DNA from: Bigelowiella natans CCMP2755
Taxonomy: Eukaryota; Protista; Cercozoa
Assembly (NCBI GenBank): GCA_000320545.1
Contig: ADNK01002546.1
Location: 62,001 to 126,000, forward strand
Direction: 5' to 3'
DNA length: 64,000 bases
In this document: positions 27,580 through 40,960 of the stretch, in pieces
Numbering within the stretch: position 1 is the first letter of the stretch
Layout of the letters: every line of letters starts with the position of its first letter
Translations under genes and position numbers: made by a program
Notes under the pieces: generated by a model
Told to the model about the DNA's origin: nothing
What the model saw: only the letters and a program-made list of their open reading frames with translations
Database searches by the model: none

Positions 27580-27816
27580 TTGCATATTATATAATAATAT
27601 CACATAAATACTGTGTTGATAAATATGAATATATTATATATCTTGTTGGAGTACCCACAGTCCTGAAGATTGTCCACAATTATCTCGAAAACAGCCTCCT
27701 TCTCTCCTAAATACGAACATAATTGCTGCTAAGAGAAGACCATTGATTTACGAAATAAATTATCATCAAATGCAAGCATGTGGACCAATAATATATACAA
27801 TTAAATAAATATATAA

Positions 27817-27848
<32 letters not shown>

Positions 27849-27918
27849 CATTAAAATACATAGAATAATTATATAAGCACAGCAACACGTACGTCTAGAT
27901 AGAGATATCAGGAAAGTT

Positions 27919-27961
<43 letters not shown>

Positions 27962-28999
27962 GGAGAAAGAGAGAGACGACGTCAATAATAGAAACACGAT
28001 AAAATGCAATATCTATGCGTACTACTACCATCTTCGTTCTTCATCGAAGTAGACAGAAGCCCCTGGAGCACCGACGCACACCAAAAGGAATGGCAGCACA
28101 AAACAAACGCAACGATTGAGGCGAAGCGAAAATCCGATTGAGGCAAAGCGAGCACAGCCATGGTGAAACACACAGCCCACTTAGCATATCTAATCCCGAA
28201 ACAAACGCTTTTTTTTTTCAATGCCCATTTTATGCTGTTTATAGAGTCCTTGCTAGCCATAGCAGTATGCGTGTATGCACAAGGAAAGCAGATGAAATAA
28301 CAAGATCAATCAGGCGTGCTACATGCATGCGATTCTCTCTGTCTGCCGTCGCGGAGTCATACCGGCACGTTCTCCAACAGAAACCTGTGGTAGAGACAAA
28401 GAACACATCGACGTGAAAGACTCGTATACTTATATTACGCGGTTGGGTGACTATGTGGATGGTTGCTTGTATTTGTATGTGTTTGTGTGTGTTTGTGCGT
28501 AAAAGCGAAACTTGAAGAGAGTAGCACAAGCGCATCAAAACTGCCATCAATGCATATCTCGTTGATGCAATGATGCCGTGTGTTTCGTAAGACCTCCAAT
28601 CGAAATAGTTGTATCAGCAACATGCTCGCAGAGACCAATTGTGGACTAAAACTCGCACCGAATTCCACGTTCACTTCGGCTGTTTTTTTGGATCAATCGC
28701 TACGATTGTGGCGTTGTGAATTACATTGGAGGCTTCTTTGCTTTCAGTACTCGGACGATTTCGAGAAATAAATTTCCTGAGATTAGCGTATTCTCACCAC
28801 TAAATCCATTGGATGGGCGTGCTACGAATGACCAGGGGTGTGGTGAATTTGTACCTCTATTCTTCGCATCGTCAAGGCCTGGCTGAGCGCCAAGTCTTGA
28901 AAATGGCTGACAAGGAAACCCTGCAAGATGTTTCCCAAAAAAACACGAATCCACTCAACTCGCATACTAATTACCATACTTGTTCATAATGCCTCAATA

Positions 29000-29038
<39 letters not shown>

Positions 29039-29413
29039 ATGCGATGAGATATCCATGCTCATCACCTGCTGTAAGAATGTCGTGGGGTGGGATCGTGGCA
29101 GCATCCACTTTCCGGATATCTGAACAATTTGCAGTAAGGCTGAACGCTCAAAAGCCAAAAGGACGGACGGCCCTGCTAGTTGTTTACTTCACACGCTTTG
29201 TATATCAACATGTAGTGTGCCTTTTGACCGACTTTTCGCAAGTTGCCGTTTCTTCCTCCGTACTCCTTTGTTCTTGTTATCGAATTGGCAAGTGGTAGTG
29301 CTTGATGCTGCTCCTTTCTCGTGGCCTCGGCTTTGTGGTGTCTTTTCTGGGAAGTTTTCCGTATAACACTTCCGAGCCTGCAACGAGACAGGGGTTTGGA
29401 AGGAGAGAGAGAG

Positions 29414-29459
<46 letters not shown>

Positions 29460-31005
29460 ATTGGCGTTGTTGGACACACTCTGACATAGAAAGAATGCGA
29501 AGGCCATGGAAAAAAATAGAGGCGACGCCACTAGATGCACATCTGTCGCTTATCCGGTGATGGAACAGCATACGTAGACGAATAAGGGCAAAGCAGAGAA
29601 GGGGTTCCTGATTACTGTATTATCGGTACACTTGCTCGATTACATACGTGTTGGTTTATCTCGCAGCCCCACAGACATTTGCCTCCTAAAGCTTCGAGGC
29701 CAACCCGAAATCCCCCGATTCCAGCGAAGAGCTGATGCATACGTGCTGTGTGAGCTTCCCCGCGCAAAAGCTTTGAATACTACCTCGATGAATGTGAAAT
29801 CTCCAGAGCCCTCGTTCATATTATTGACAGTATCCCTGCGCTTTGGCGAATGGCGGCGTGGTCTTTTCCAGCGCAAGCGCGGCGGGCATGCTCGGAGAGG
29901 GAGGGGCACTCAGATAGATGTGAATGTGTGGGGAAAGTTGTTGCGACGGCGAATGGAAAACGTTGTTCCAGAAGATGTTGTATTATCAGAATGCATATAG
30001 AAAAAATATATAGGTTAAAATAAGGGTAATTTATTTAACTATGTTATCATTTTCTTCTCAATTTCCGAAAAGAACTTTGAACGGAACAATTTAAAGTCAC
30101 ATCATGATATAGATCTATTTCGGATAAAATATGGGTCTTCTTTTGGTGGATTGTCTACAATGGAAACGGAGGCGATATCTCCGGTCTTACGAGGGACTTT
30201 TCAGACGCAGCTGTGCTATCGGCGATGGGCACTGCAGAGAAAGGGAAAGAAGTAAGGAAAATATTTACCGACATAATATCTTATAAAATAGAAAAGTATT
30301 TCGATTATTAATTACAACGCTAACAACAATTTATTAGAGTCCGAATAAAGATCCGTTGGCATAGTGGCCCCCTTCCCCTCGCCTTTGCGGCGTCATTCGC
30401 TAATGAATGAAAAGGGTATAAATACCTTTTAGTCATGCATGGTCTTATGCTATACTCAATTTACGTCGCTTGGTATTAAAACCTTTGCGCCAGGTCGGTG
30501 GCAATGGGGCCTTCCCATCGTGATGTTGGTACTTTTCTCGATCATAGTGCGTGTTTGCCCCCCGCAAACGGCCAGGGTTGCATCCTCTGGGAGAGGCAGG
30601 TATCTCCAAGCATAAGTGAACAGCGCAGCACGCGCTATTGAAACGACGCCAGGGGGGAGAGGGCACCGAATGTATGTACACCGCCCTTCAAACGCTCACA
30701 TCCCCCACTCTTTAATTCTTCAGCATTGCTAGGAGGGCGGCTTCTTCCTCGGTCGGAAGAGCAGGAGGGCGTCGGCCCATTCGTAGTAGGCGAGATGGAC
30801 GGCGCCCTCCTCACCACCGAACTAATCAGGAGAGCCCCGTAAAAGACACCGCGTATGGTACTGTGGATATGGCCAAGGCTGGCGGAGCTCGGAATGATGC
30901 AAAATCCACGCCTGACCGGCCACTAAAGGTTTGTTACTTTCGGCCAGCGTCGGCTTTGCAATTCGAAAACATCGCTAGTAGTCTCGCCCCGCCGGGCGGT
31001 GCCAT
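24380..31005 (-). CDS. C5 cytosine DNA methyltransferase, stand-alone DNMT6/bacterial Dcm-like
   Basis: Catalytic motifs appear in order on spliced exons: I FTFIE|LFAGIGGFRVGLEALGGKCLWGCEIN (~29649-29800); DIRKVDAATIPPHDILTAG| with IV GFPCQPFSRLGAQPGLDD (~28855-28921); GNLFLEIVRVL; VI FLLENVP (~28363-28384); VIII LPQERKRLYIVG (~27433-27470); TRD TLTKSY (~26535-26552); IX PRFFS|GRECARLQGFPEDF (~25660-25700); X LFGNAVSPP (~25420-25446). Start and stop are approximate. Confidence 0.92.
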
Positions 31006-31030
31006 AGAATGATGCAGTCTATCTGAGAGA

Positions 31031-31750
31031 ATGCTGTTACGCTACTCAGGATACTGTTCTATATCCAAGAGCTACAACGTTTATTCCAGGGGATTCGGTG
31101 CGCGTTCTAGCCGCTACTCTGTCGCATTTGTGCCGTAGCTAGTAGCAGCGACCACTCTTTCTAATCCATTATATATGCGAGGATTTCGATGCACCGATGC
31201 GTCACCTCCACTCTAGATTTTGGCCATTGTCATAGATGAATATATTCTTCTTATTATTATTTTTGTTTTTTCTTGAAATGTATATTTGCATATTTGCATC
31301 ATGATCATATTGCACCATCAAGCCCTGCCGACTGATGCTGTTACTCGTCTACGACTGTCGTTAGAGGCAGAGAATGCTCGAGTATGTTCGCTCTGACGAT
31401 GCGGCGAAGATGAAGGAAACTATTTGTGGTATACATATATATATATATATATATTATATTATATTTGTTTGTTTTTTTATAATATTTGATATGCATAGGG
31501 TAGCAGGAAGCTGTTCCTATGAAATGACGCAGTTGGTATATGATGCAAAAATAGGGTTTCTCAAACAGGACAGAATAAAGATATTTCCGAACGTACGCCG
31601 CTGCACTACGCAGAGAAGAAGCAAACAGCATTTTGCATTTGAAACGGGAGGGGGAGAATAGACATGGGAATGTCACAACTTTTGCCGTGAATGTATTCTC
31701 TCAGTGTATTTCCAGTCGTTTCTTGGAAATCGATGATAAACAACACACAG

Positions 31751-31791
<41 letters not shown>

Positions 31792-32405
31792 CGCATGCAC
31801 AGCCACGCACATATACCTAAATATTCTATACTATACATATGATGAATAAATGCAATATACTATAATGTTTTATATAACATTTGCTACTCACCGTTTTAAG
31901 GACTACACCGTGATGATCAATGCTTGTCGCAAATATGGTACATATACGCTTGAATCATGCGTCGTGTGTTACTATGGCTCGGTCGCAGATTGCTCACATC
32001 TTCGTCTCACAATCATCAGGAGAATGGCAGCTTGTTCTTCAACTCGTTGAGCACGCAAGGTTCGATTGATTTCCATGCAAGAAACGCGTACAATATTTTG
32101 AAATATCGATTTGCAGACGCTGTAAGTAATGGTATTGGCCGCTTTATGAGTTAGTGTTATTCGTAATGGATCATAGAGAAATACTGTCGAAAGACTGGTT
32201 TTTTTGCTTTTTTTTTTAATAGAATTTGAAGTGTTTTTTGTGATGTTCGGTTGTTCTGTATAGTCATCATGTATCTATGCATTGAGCGGCGTTTCATTGT
32301 CATTCTGCCTCCCGCAATTCTGTTAGGAATAGAGGCGTCTTAAATGCATACCAGGTCGGAGTATTTCTAGTTTTTGTTTGTTTTATAATATTCATTTTAT
32401 ATATA

Positions 32406-32444
<39 letters not shown>

Positions 32445-34635
32445 AAATTATATATGGTTACAAGCGATGTATGATTCTCCTTTTTCGTTTATCTCTCTCT
32501 CTCTCTCCTCCTTCATCTCTCTCTATCTCTCTCTCCCTCTCTTCGCCTCTTTTTCTCTTCCATTTTATCTGCGCGTGGGCTCGAGCATCTAATGACAGCA
32601 AGTTTGCGATTATGAGAAAGCATTCGCTGGTGGCTTGCAGACATTGAATATGTGATTGTGAATGGCGATAGATATCGGCTGCATTTGCCGGGCTAGGCCC
32701 GCGTTGGAGAATGGCTCTGCGGTTGCTCCATCAGGTCCAGAAACAGACCTCTTGCACTCTGGCACACGTATATTCTGTATAGCCTTCGCAATTGGCACAC
32801 GTGATATGGAGCTGGTTTTTCGCATGAAGATCGCATTGGGAGATTTGAGCAAAGTTTGCATCTTTTTTTGGTTTTGTTTTGGCGCCATTTGCAGTGTCGC
32901 TCGGATGGTATAGCACTGGATATTGTGGCGTATAATTCTGTGATCACGTACGTGTGTTATTATATATGTATACATATTGCGCGCCGCCGTTCTTTGAAAG
33001 CCAATGCACACCTATAGGTTTAAATGTGTAATTATTATATAGATTTTACATTCATAATATATACCACATTCGTGTGCTGTGTGTGTCCTCTGCGTTGCGG
33101 TAGATTGTTTCATCTACTTTGCATCGATGATACATCTGAGCATGGGAGTTACAGAAGCCACTCACTACCGGGCTTGTGGTATATTTGCACGAACGATAAC
33201 ACAGGCAATGCTGCCGATCTCATGACTGGGAGAAGGCTTTAGGTTTATTTGTTCAACCTAAATCAACACACACACAGACACACACACGCACACGCACACG
33301 CATATGCACATACACACGCGCACATGGGCATGCGTATGTGTAACCCATGAAATTCCTCATCGAGAGAGAAATAGGCGAGATGTTAATTGGAAGTCTCTGC
33401 TGCACAAAACAACAGCGCGCGCCTTTTCCAGCGAGAATGAGCGCAATGTATCTTTTCCCCCTGATGGTTAAGGTGTGAGAGAAATGCTTCTGAACGATGG
33501 TGTAAAGCAAGACTCTTACACGATGCACAATCTCCTGGTGAGCATTTACCACAGCACGCTTATCAAACATAATAGCGCATGGCTAGTAAGGGAGAAGGGG
33601 GGGGGGGGGGGGGGAAGTAGAGAGGGGTGAAAGAGAATAGATTGGAGAGGAAAGATGCATTGGGGGATAGCATCGTAGAAAAGCATTTCGGGGTCGGAAA
33701 TATTTGGGGAAAATCTTAAAACAGACCGATTTACACACAGACAGAGCATGCTTGGTAGCTACACCTTGAGAGAGCCAATTGTACAATCTTGTCGAAACAC
33801 CACTTTGGCATCATACAGAAAGCAATATATCGGTCTCATCAATGGCAAAGAGCGGAGGAGCTTATAGGTGTCTGTCGGCAAGCGCGTATCATACCATCGT
33901 GTGTCTCATCAGAAGTGGCGCTGTGCGGTGTTGCGTTTTGTCCGGTTTGAATGAATTCTTCGGTTTTTAACGCGACTGCTGCGGTGATGATGCTCTTACA
34001 CGATGGTATGTATTCGTCTCAGCGGAGATGGATGCATGCTCTCTTCGTCGATCGGTAAAAGACTCACATCCACTGCCGTTGTCTCTTCGCGAGTACAGCA
34101 AGTTGCGGTGCAATGATATCGATAAATTCATGCTCCAACATCCTCTGAGTGTGCGTGCACGTAATTGTGTGTGTGCTGTGTTGCTTGTATGCGTGTGTGT
34201 GGGTGGGGTTCTCTTTCAGACCGAGATCTACAACATCAAACTGAGCGCGTCTTCGCAGAAAGAGGGAGGATGGCGTGAGGCCATCAGCATATTCAATGAA
34301 ATGCGGCAACAAAACGTAGATGTTTTTTCGGATAACGAGCGATCTCTAGCATGCACGATTTCATTTCGAGCGCCATTGTTACTATGGAGCTCGTACATGT
34401 CTCGTATGGTACACTTCCGATAAAATGCTGCCTCAAATCGCTGTTGGGTATGCGAGAATGAACGATGTGGTTCGGTTAGTGCCAATTGGATATGCGTGAT
34501 TGCCGCCATCACTGCCAGAGGTGGTGTGGATGTTCTTCTCTGAAAGTTCTGATTTTCCGTAGATATCAAGGACCACGTACACCTACAACACGCTGATCTC
34601 GTGCATGGTATTTAGCTGCTGCCGTTATATTATAT

Positions 34636-34685
<50 letters not shown>

Positions 34686-36215
34686 ACTCTCCACTGTTTC
34701 TGAAAGAAATCAACGTCTCAGCGCATACATCTTTTCCTCTCCCAAGACTTGAGAAGTTCAGCCATCTGGCCCTCAATGCTCATTTTTCAGGAAGAAAACA
34801 ACGCCCAGGACTTCGTGCCATCTTCGTCATCGGATGAGGATTACGATCTACACGAAGGTGATCGAGAGTCGAATGCATAAAATGTCCGGCAGTGCGGCAT
34901 TCTCCAATTTCTTTGTTTAGAACAACAATCCTGCAGTCAACTCCACCGTTGTTTTTCCCCGAAATGATTGCAGGGCAAGACCTTCCCTATGAAGGGTGGG
35001 GATTCCAAAATCGACAGCACTTGAAAGAGCGTTTTCGTCTGCTCAAAGGTGGTGGATGCAGCCGAGAGACAGCGTTAAGTTTTGAAGGGTTTCCGCGTTT
35101 GCGATTTGTTTATATTTAATTGGAATGATGGGGGAGCCGCCGAGGGGGGGAAATACCACATGCGGGCGAGTGGCCGGTTGTAGCACACTTGCGTGACTGC
35201 CCTCATCACTAAACACCATAGCGAGCAATGATGGGGACGACGACGACTGGAAAAACCCCGCGGATTCGCAAGAAGATGGCCAGTGGAACATGCAGAAGCT
35301 CACGGTGAAAATCGCACTTTTGTTTCATTGCTTCGTTTTTTCGCGCGGCAAGTGCCATTTTGCGGCGCATACAACACTGCCACCCCCCTTACCGCCTCCG
35401 TTCCAGGCTTTGATTTCTCTTGGCTCGTTGTAGGTGGAGGGCATTCTGACTTTGATGGAGAGGGACAACTTGAGGAAGGTCGGTTGCGGGTTGTTGAAGA
35501 CGTGTATACCTGATGAAAGCGCAGAAAGATGAACTTTGATGAAGCGCATTTACATGCTTGTCGTACGAGAATGATAACATTGTAAGTTCTTATCCGCCCC
35601 CCCCCCCCCCCCCCTTTTTTACCATCTTGGGTCGCTGAAACCTCGTGATATTACCCTAGGACGTCGTGACCTACAACGCCATTATGCAGCACCAGAAAAG
35701 GTGATTGAATGGATGAATTGAGAGGGAAATAAGGAAGAATCTTCGCGACATATGCGTCACTCTCTGAGCCCCGGAGTGGAATGTTTTGTGTCAGGGATTT
35801 ATTCAGTGTTCTCCCGGTCATTCTACGATATAGACGCGCAGGTAAAATGGCCAGCACGGCGAACATTAAACGCGAAGGCAAAGACGCTATCACGGTGTTG
35901 TGCGAGATTACGGATTGTCTTCTCTTCAGCCGAGCCAATTGGGGCTTCCTCCTTTTGTCTTTCATTTTATTGCGATGCAGGTTTTTCATGTAAGTTAAAC
36001 TAAATAAGTATTTTCACCCACACAATCAGGGTATTAGAAGGAACACCATATCGTTCACTAATGTCATAGCAGCGTGCAGGCATCACCAGGTCTAACAGCC
36101 TACTGAATTTCCTTACAGTCGCTGTTTTGTTATGGTAGCTAGGTATTAGTACCTCTTTCTACCTCTATCTCGCTATCTATAGTTACATATTTAAAACTCA
36201 TATTTATTAATAAAT

Positions 36216-36269
<54 letters not shown>

Positions 36270-38546
36270 ATTTACGTGTGTGCATTGCCTTTCAGATAAA
36301 CACGTCACTATCGTAACACACTGCTATGCTATCATCCTCCAGGAATGGGAGAGAGCTTTGGATTTCATCAAGGAGATGCATCAGAGCCAAATACGGCCTT
36401 CGCTGCAGGTGATTTTCTGTCTTCGGATCTTAACTATCCTGTAAGAATATAGGCAATGTACGCATCGGTGCCAATACGCACGTGTTTACGGCGCATGTTT
36501 ATACGATGTTCGCTCGGTGTTTTCTTGGCTCTCAGATAATCAACCACGTTGCCGCTGCCCTGATGGAAGAAAAACCTGCAAGGGCGATTTCATTTCTCGA
36601 TCGATACGAGGTGGGATAATGCCGCTACAGCCCAATGCGCGTGCGTTTTTTGTGTACGAGGGCGTGCAGTTTTCTCTTTTCTACCAGCATTCCCTCTCTG
36701 CAGTAGCTTTGCTGTTTCATAACTGCGGTGATTCACTCCTGTTCAGAAATCAGGGCTGAAGCTGAACGTAGTCTCGCATAGCATCAAGTTGGCCTCATTA
36801 AGGAAAACGAGAGACTGGCAGCTTGCGGTAGGTATTATTCGCGGTACGATGTTATCGCGGAGCAAAAGTACTCGGCCCGAGGCGCAAACACGTCCCACAC
36901 CCCAGCGCGTACGCACAGACATATGCATATGCCGGGTTCCTTCGTGTTATTGCGTCTTAAATTAGAAATCTGCACATTAACGAGGACTCTTTACGATTAT
37001 GTATATTTATATATATCGAAAAGTGCATCATCAATCTCTTAAATACTCAGGAGTCGTACTTCAACTCGATTCACCGCGGGGCAACCCCCCCCTCTATCAG
37101 CCTGTTCAATACGCTCTTTTCCGTACTTCAGGTGACCGCTGCCTATCCTACTAAAATCGAGCAGCTATGTGCATTACATCTATTCATACCGACGATCAGT
37201 GTTAGCATTCCGAGTGCGTGCGAGAGATAGTAAATGCATTAAAAAATCATATACATGTATAATATACACCATCATCTGCACACGATTTCACCTAAAGCCT
37301 GCTTTGATTCAGCACTCGCGCCGCTGGGAACGTGCATTCGAGACATTTCGCTTCTTGCGAAATGGGTCCTGTGTTCTTCCTGATGTAGTTCAAGAAAGGC
37401 CAGGAGACCTGCAGTCGGAAGAGGTAGGTGGCTAGTTGTTGGCGCTTCTTTCCCTGTCATTTCTGCCGCGGCGATGAGCGCAAATGCCATGTAAATAACC
37501 CATTTTTGAAAGCTCCTGGGGAGCAGAAAGTAGCGAAAATAGTAGGGTGAGTCGATTCTTGGTGTTGATTCTCGATCATATGTCGACGATAAAGGATAAG
37601 GCCTTTTCCCGGATTCTGGAAGAGGCTCGTGGAGGTGAGGCGCGACGCGCTCTTTGGCCCTTTTTGGCGTGTATGAGTAAAAATCGGTGCACGGCTGCTA
37701 ATGGTTTTGACGTATTTATTGGTGGAAGAACTTGCCAATTTCTTCATTGAACTATCGCTGTATGAGGTGCCTGTTCTGTGCAGCCCCAACGCCGTCAGAG
37801 TTTTTTTTAGGAACGGGACTCCTTCATGCATTTCTTTTCTTATGTTTCCGTATTGTTTTTCTGGTGATGGTCTCTATGAGTTTTCGATTCGTTACGAAAG
37901 ACCTTTGGCATGTGAAATTGAAGAGTATCATACTAGATGTTATATGCGCATACATACGAATAACCTACATATGTGTGTGCGTGTTTGATGAGTTTGGCTA
38001 ATGGTGGCAAATTAGTTGTGCATCCTGACGCTGTCTCGTACACGACGATGATAGCCATTTGCCGGAAGGTCAATACGAGAATGTATACATATATATATAT
38101 TTATTTGTTATTATATATATGCATGTAATATTTAATATACATAAATACTGTTGATATAAAAAACGAATATTGGCATATGAATGGTTGTGATTCATACTTT
38201 GTTTCTTCCAATGCGCTGCTGGATTTAGAGCTATGCGTTTGCGAGTGTTCAAAGATCTGCCGTGTATATAGACGATGGGATTTTGTCCAAACTTCGAGCA
38301 GTCTTGGGAACATTTTGTGTTATTTCTCTCGGGTTCTCTCCCGTTCTTCCTCTTACATCTCTGTCTGTGAAATTATGCCGTTGCGTGTGGCCCTTGTGGT
38401 ATTCTATGCCGTTTCATGGCTCTAGGAGGGGCTCTATGAAAGAGGGTTTCAGTTTATAAAAGAGGTAATTGACGATGCGTGTGTTTCGTTGGACTGCACT
38501 TGGCTTTCTCCCGCGAGATCTATAAATATTTCTATGTGTATATGTA

Positions 38547-38591
<45 letters not shown>

Positions 38592-38620
38592 GAAGACTTT
38601 CATACATATTGTCTTTGCGT

Positions 38621-38665
<45 letters not shown>

Positions 38666-38946
38666 TGCGTATGCCTTTGTTTTTATGCGTTGGCGACTCT
38701 TGGCATTTATGTGAATTTACTTTTATCCTTTATTTTCCCAAATAAATAAACACAGCTTGAGGACTCAAAGATCCGGAAGGATACTGTGACGTACAACGCC
38801 ATCCTTGCGTTCAACTCAAAATCGGTATTGCTTTAGAGGAGCATAGCGCGCATGCAAAGCTCATGCTCACTTGCCTTTTTAATGCACACAAGAAAGTCAA
38901 GACGCACACAAACACACACTAATACACACTCACGGGTATTCTAGAA

Positions 38947-38979
<33 letters not shown>

Positions 38980-39468
38980 GTTTGCTATATAGTTCTATTT
39001 CGATTGCTATTTGCAGCACGATTGTTTGATTTGGTTGTGCATGCGCCTTAACGCATATATCCGAATACACTGCTATGCACAACGCACGCTCAGTACCTCT
39101 GGGAGTCAGCTTTATCCGTGTTAGAGGAAATGAAAAGGTAGGTGAGCACGTTCCAAAAGCTCGCAACCGCATCACGCTCGTTGCGCTTCCAACGCATCAG
39201 TTTTGAAGGCAATACTAACCGCGCGTTTTCCCCTTTGCGACATCGTAAATCCAGAAAAAGAGTAAGAACGGACGCCGTCACGTACCACACTGCTATCCAA
39301 GCTGCGAATCGTGCTGGAAAGTGAGAACTCCTGTGCTATGCGAAAATATAAGTCCTGAGATATGTAACTAGGTGGTGTATGCTGCGGAAATGCATCATCT
39401 GAAGCATATTTTTGCTTGGTGAAATGCCAACACTTTTCTTTTTTTAGTATATAGCATAATATAATATG

Positions 39469-39501
<33 letters not shown>

Positions 39502-39505
39502 CGTA

Positions 39506-39544
<39 letters not shown>

Positions 39545-39955
39545 TAGGTGGGAATTAACTTTGAAGCTGTTCGATCAAATGGAAGAGGTGTTTGTGTGAC
39601 TTTTTCGCACGTTCTCCCTCAAAGTTCCTCTTTGTGTGTAATGGGTGATTAACTGTACTGCTGATGCGATAGGATGGTTTTGAAGAGAATGCAAAAACAG
39701 TGGATCTTTGGCTCGAAGCGGTTACATATTTGCTATATATATTATAATACAAGAAATATGAATACGCACACGCGCACACGGGTATTTCTATGGTATATAT
39801 TTTAGATATTTACGCATAGTTTTAGAGAGTTTATGTAACGCCCAAAGGTCGTCAGATTCTGCAATAAAAATCAAATGAAAAAAGCCAAATCTGAGACAGA
39901 GTTGTTTGGTTTGTAGGCGCGACGGCTCGCCAACGAAGACATGTCTCAAAGTTAG
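31031..39955 (+). CDS. Pentatricopeptide repeat (PPR) protein, multi-exon, probably organelle-targeted
   Basis: PPR-like exons: DYTVMINACRKYG (31901-31938), EIYNIKLSASSQKEGGWREAISIFNEMRQQ (34220-34315), TTYTYNTLISCM, DVVTYNAIM, RNTISFTNVIAACRHHQ|EWERALDFIKEMHQSQIRP, PDAVSYTTMIAICRK, KDTVTYNAIL..|WESALSVLEEMK|RTDAVTYHTAIQAANRAGK|WELTLKLFDQMEE|DGFEENAKT. Stop TAG at 39953-39955. The putative first exon MLLRYSGYCSISKSYNVYSRGFGARSSR is R/S-rich with no acidic residues. Confidence 0.88.
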
Positions 39956-40069
39956 AACCCATATTTAACTAGAACTTGCTGGAATCTGAGTATTTCAACA
40001 TTTGTTATTGGAACTACTTTGAAGTTCAAATTACGGATTTGTTTCGAATCGCAACTTTACTTGATTAAA

Positions 40070-40960
40070 ACTTTGTTGCACACTATTGGACTAGCTAGCT
40101 AGTGCATGCAACGGGCTACGTTGAAATTGAAATTTGTTTCAAATTGAACAGCCTTCTTGCACTTTGCAAAACTAGAAAACTTCGAGTAGCTCATTGCAAA
40201 TGGCAAGTCTGCTGACATGAAGGAAGAAACAACTCCGTCAAACCAGGCAAAGGCGGGGTTGTGAACAGTGCAGCGCTTCGCGACACGCTGTGAAGCAGGC
40301 GCGTTTGTTCTCTGCCACAGTTTGAATGTTTTGACGCGTGTGCTTGCTAGCTTGCACAATCCACACGTGCGCACGAAAAATCCCGAAGAAATGCGAGCAA
40401 ATTTTGCATCCATGACATCAGCTTTTGCGCGCGATCGAACACATTGGATTTTGCGGAGCTATTCCAGCATTGCAACTCAGAAACTGATGGATGACATCAA
40501 GCTAGCAAGCTAGCAAGTTGGAGGAGGACACGTTCATCGTCACAGAATTCACTTGGGATGAATCTTTGACACAGATCCGAACATCCTCTAGATCCTTCAC
40601 TTGGCAACCGATTCACCGGTAGCTGAGGCGACACGTCAGTCTGCTTCACCGATGAACAGGAATGTGGTTCAGGGATAAAGTGAAAAGCCACCCTCGTGAC
40701 CGAAACCCTGCCAGCCTGCCCATTGCTAGATTGCCACTTCGGCGAATGTGACTTTGAATCTTGATCACAGATCCGTGCATCCTTAGTCTGGCAACCGAGT
40801 CACCGGTGGCTGGGGCGACATGTCTGTCCATCCCACCGGTGAGCAGGAATGTGGTTCATGGGTAGGAGGAAAAGCCACTCTTGTGACCGAAAACCCCCCG
40901 CCCATCACCGAAGGCCCCCTTTCTTCTCTGCCACACAGCCGAGTTGCTGCTTTCGCTAAC
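40070..40960. other. TpA-depleted intergenic island 3
   Basis: Hand count: 17 of 18 TA dinucleotides are CTA/TAG over ~890 bp. It starts ~115 bp after the PPR stop codon. Confidence 0.85.
40560..40895 (+). repeat. Diverged direct repeat, two ~140-bp copies
   Basis: acagatccg..catcc..tggcaaccga.tcaccggt.gctg.ggcgaca.gtc..caccg.tga.caggaatgtggttca..gaaaagccac.ct.gtgaccgaaa at ~40570-40706 and ~40767-40893. Confidence 0.85.
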
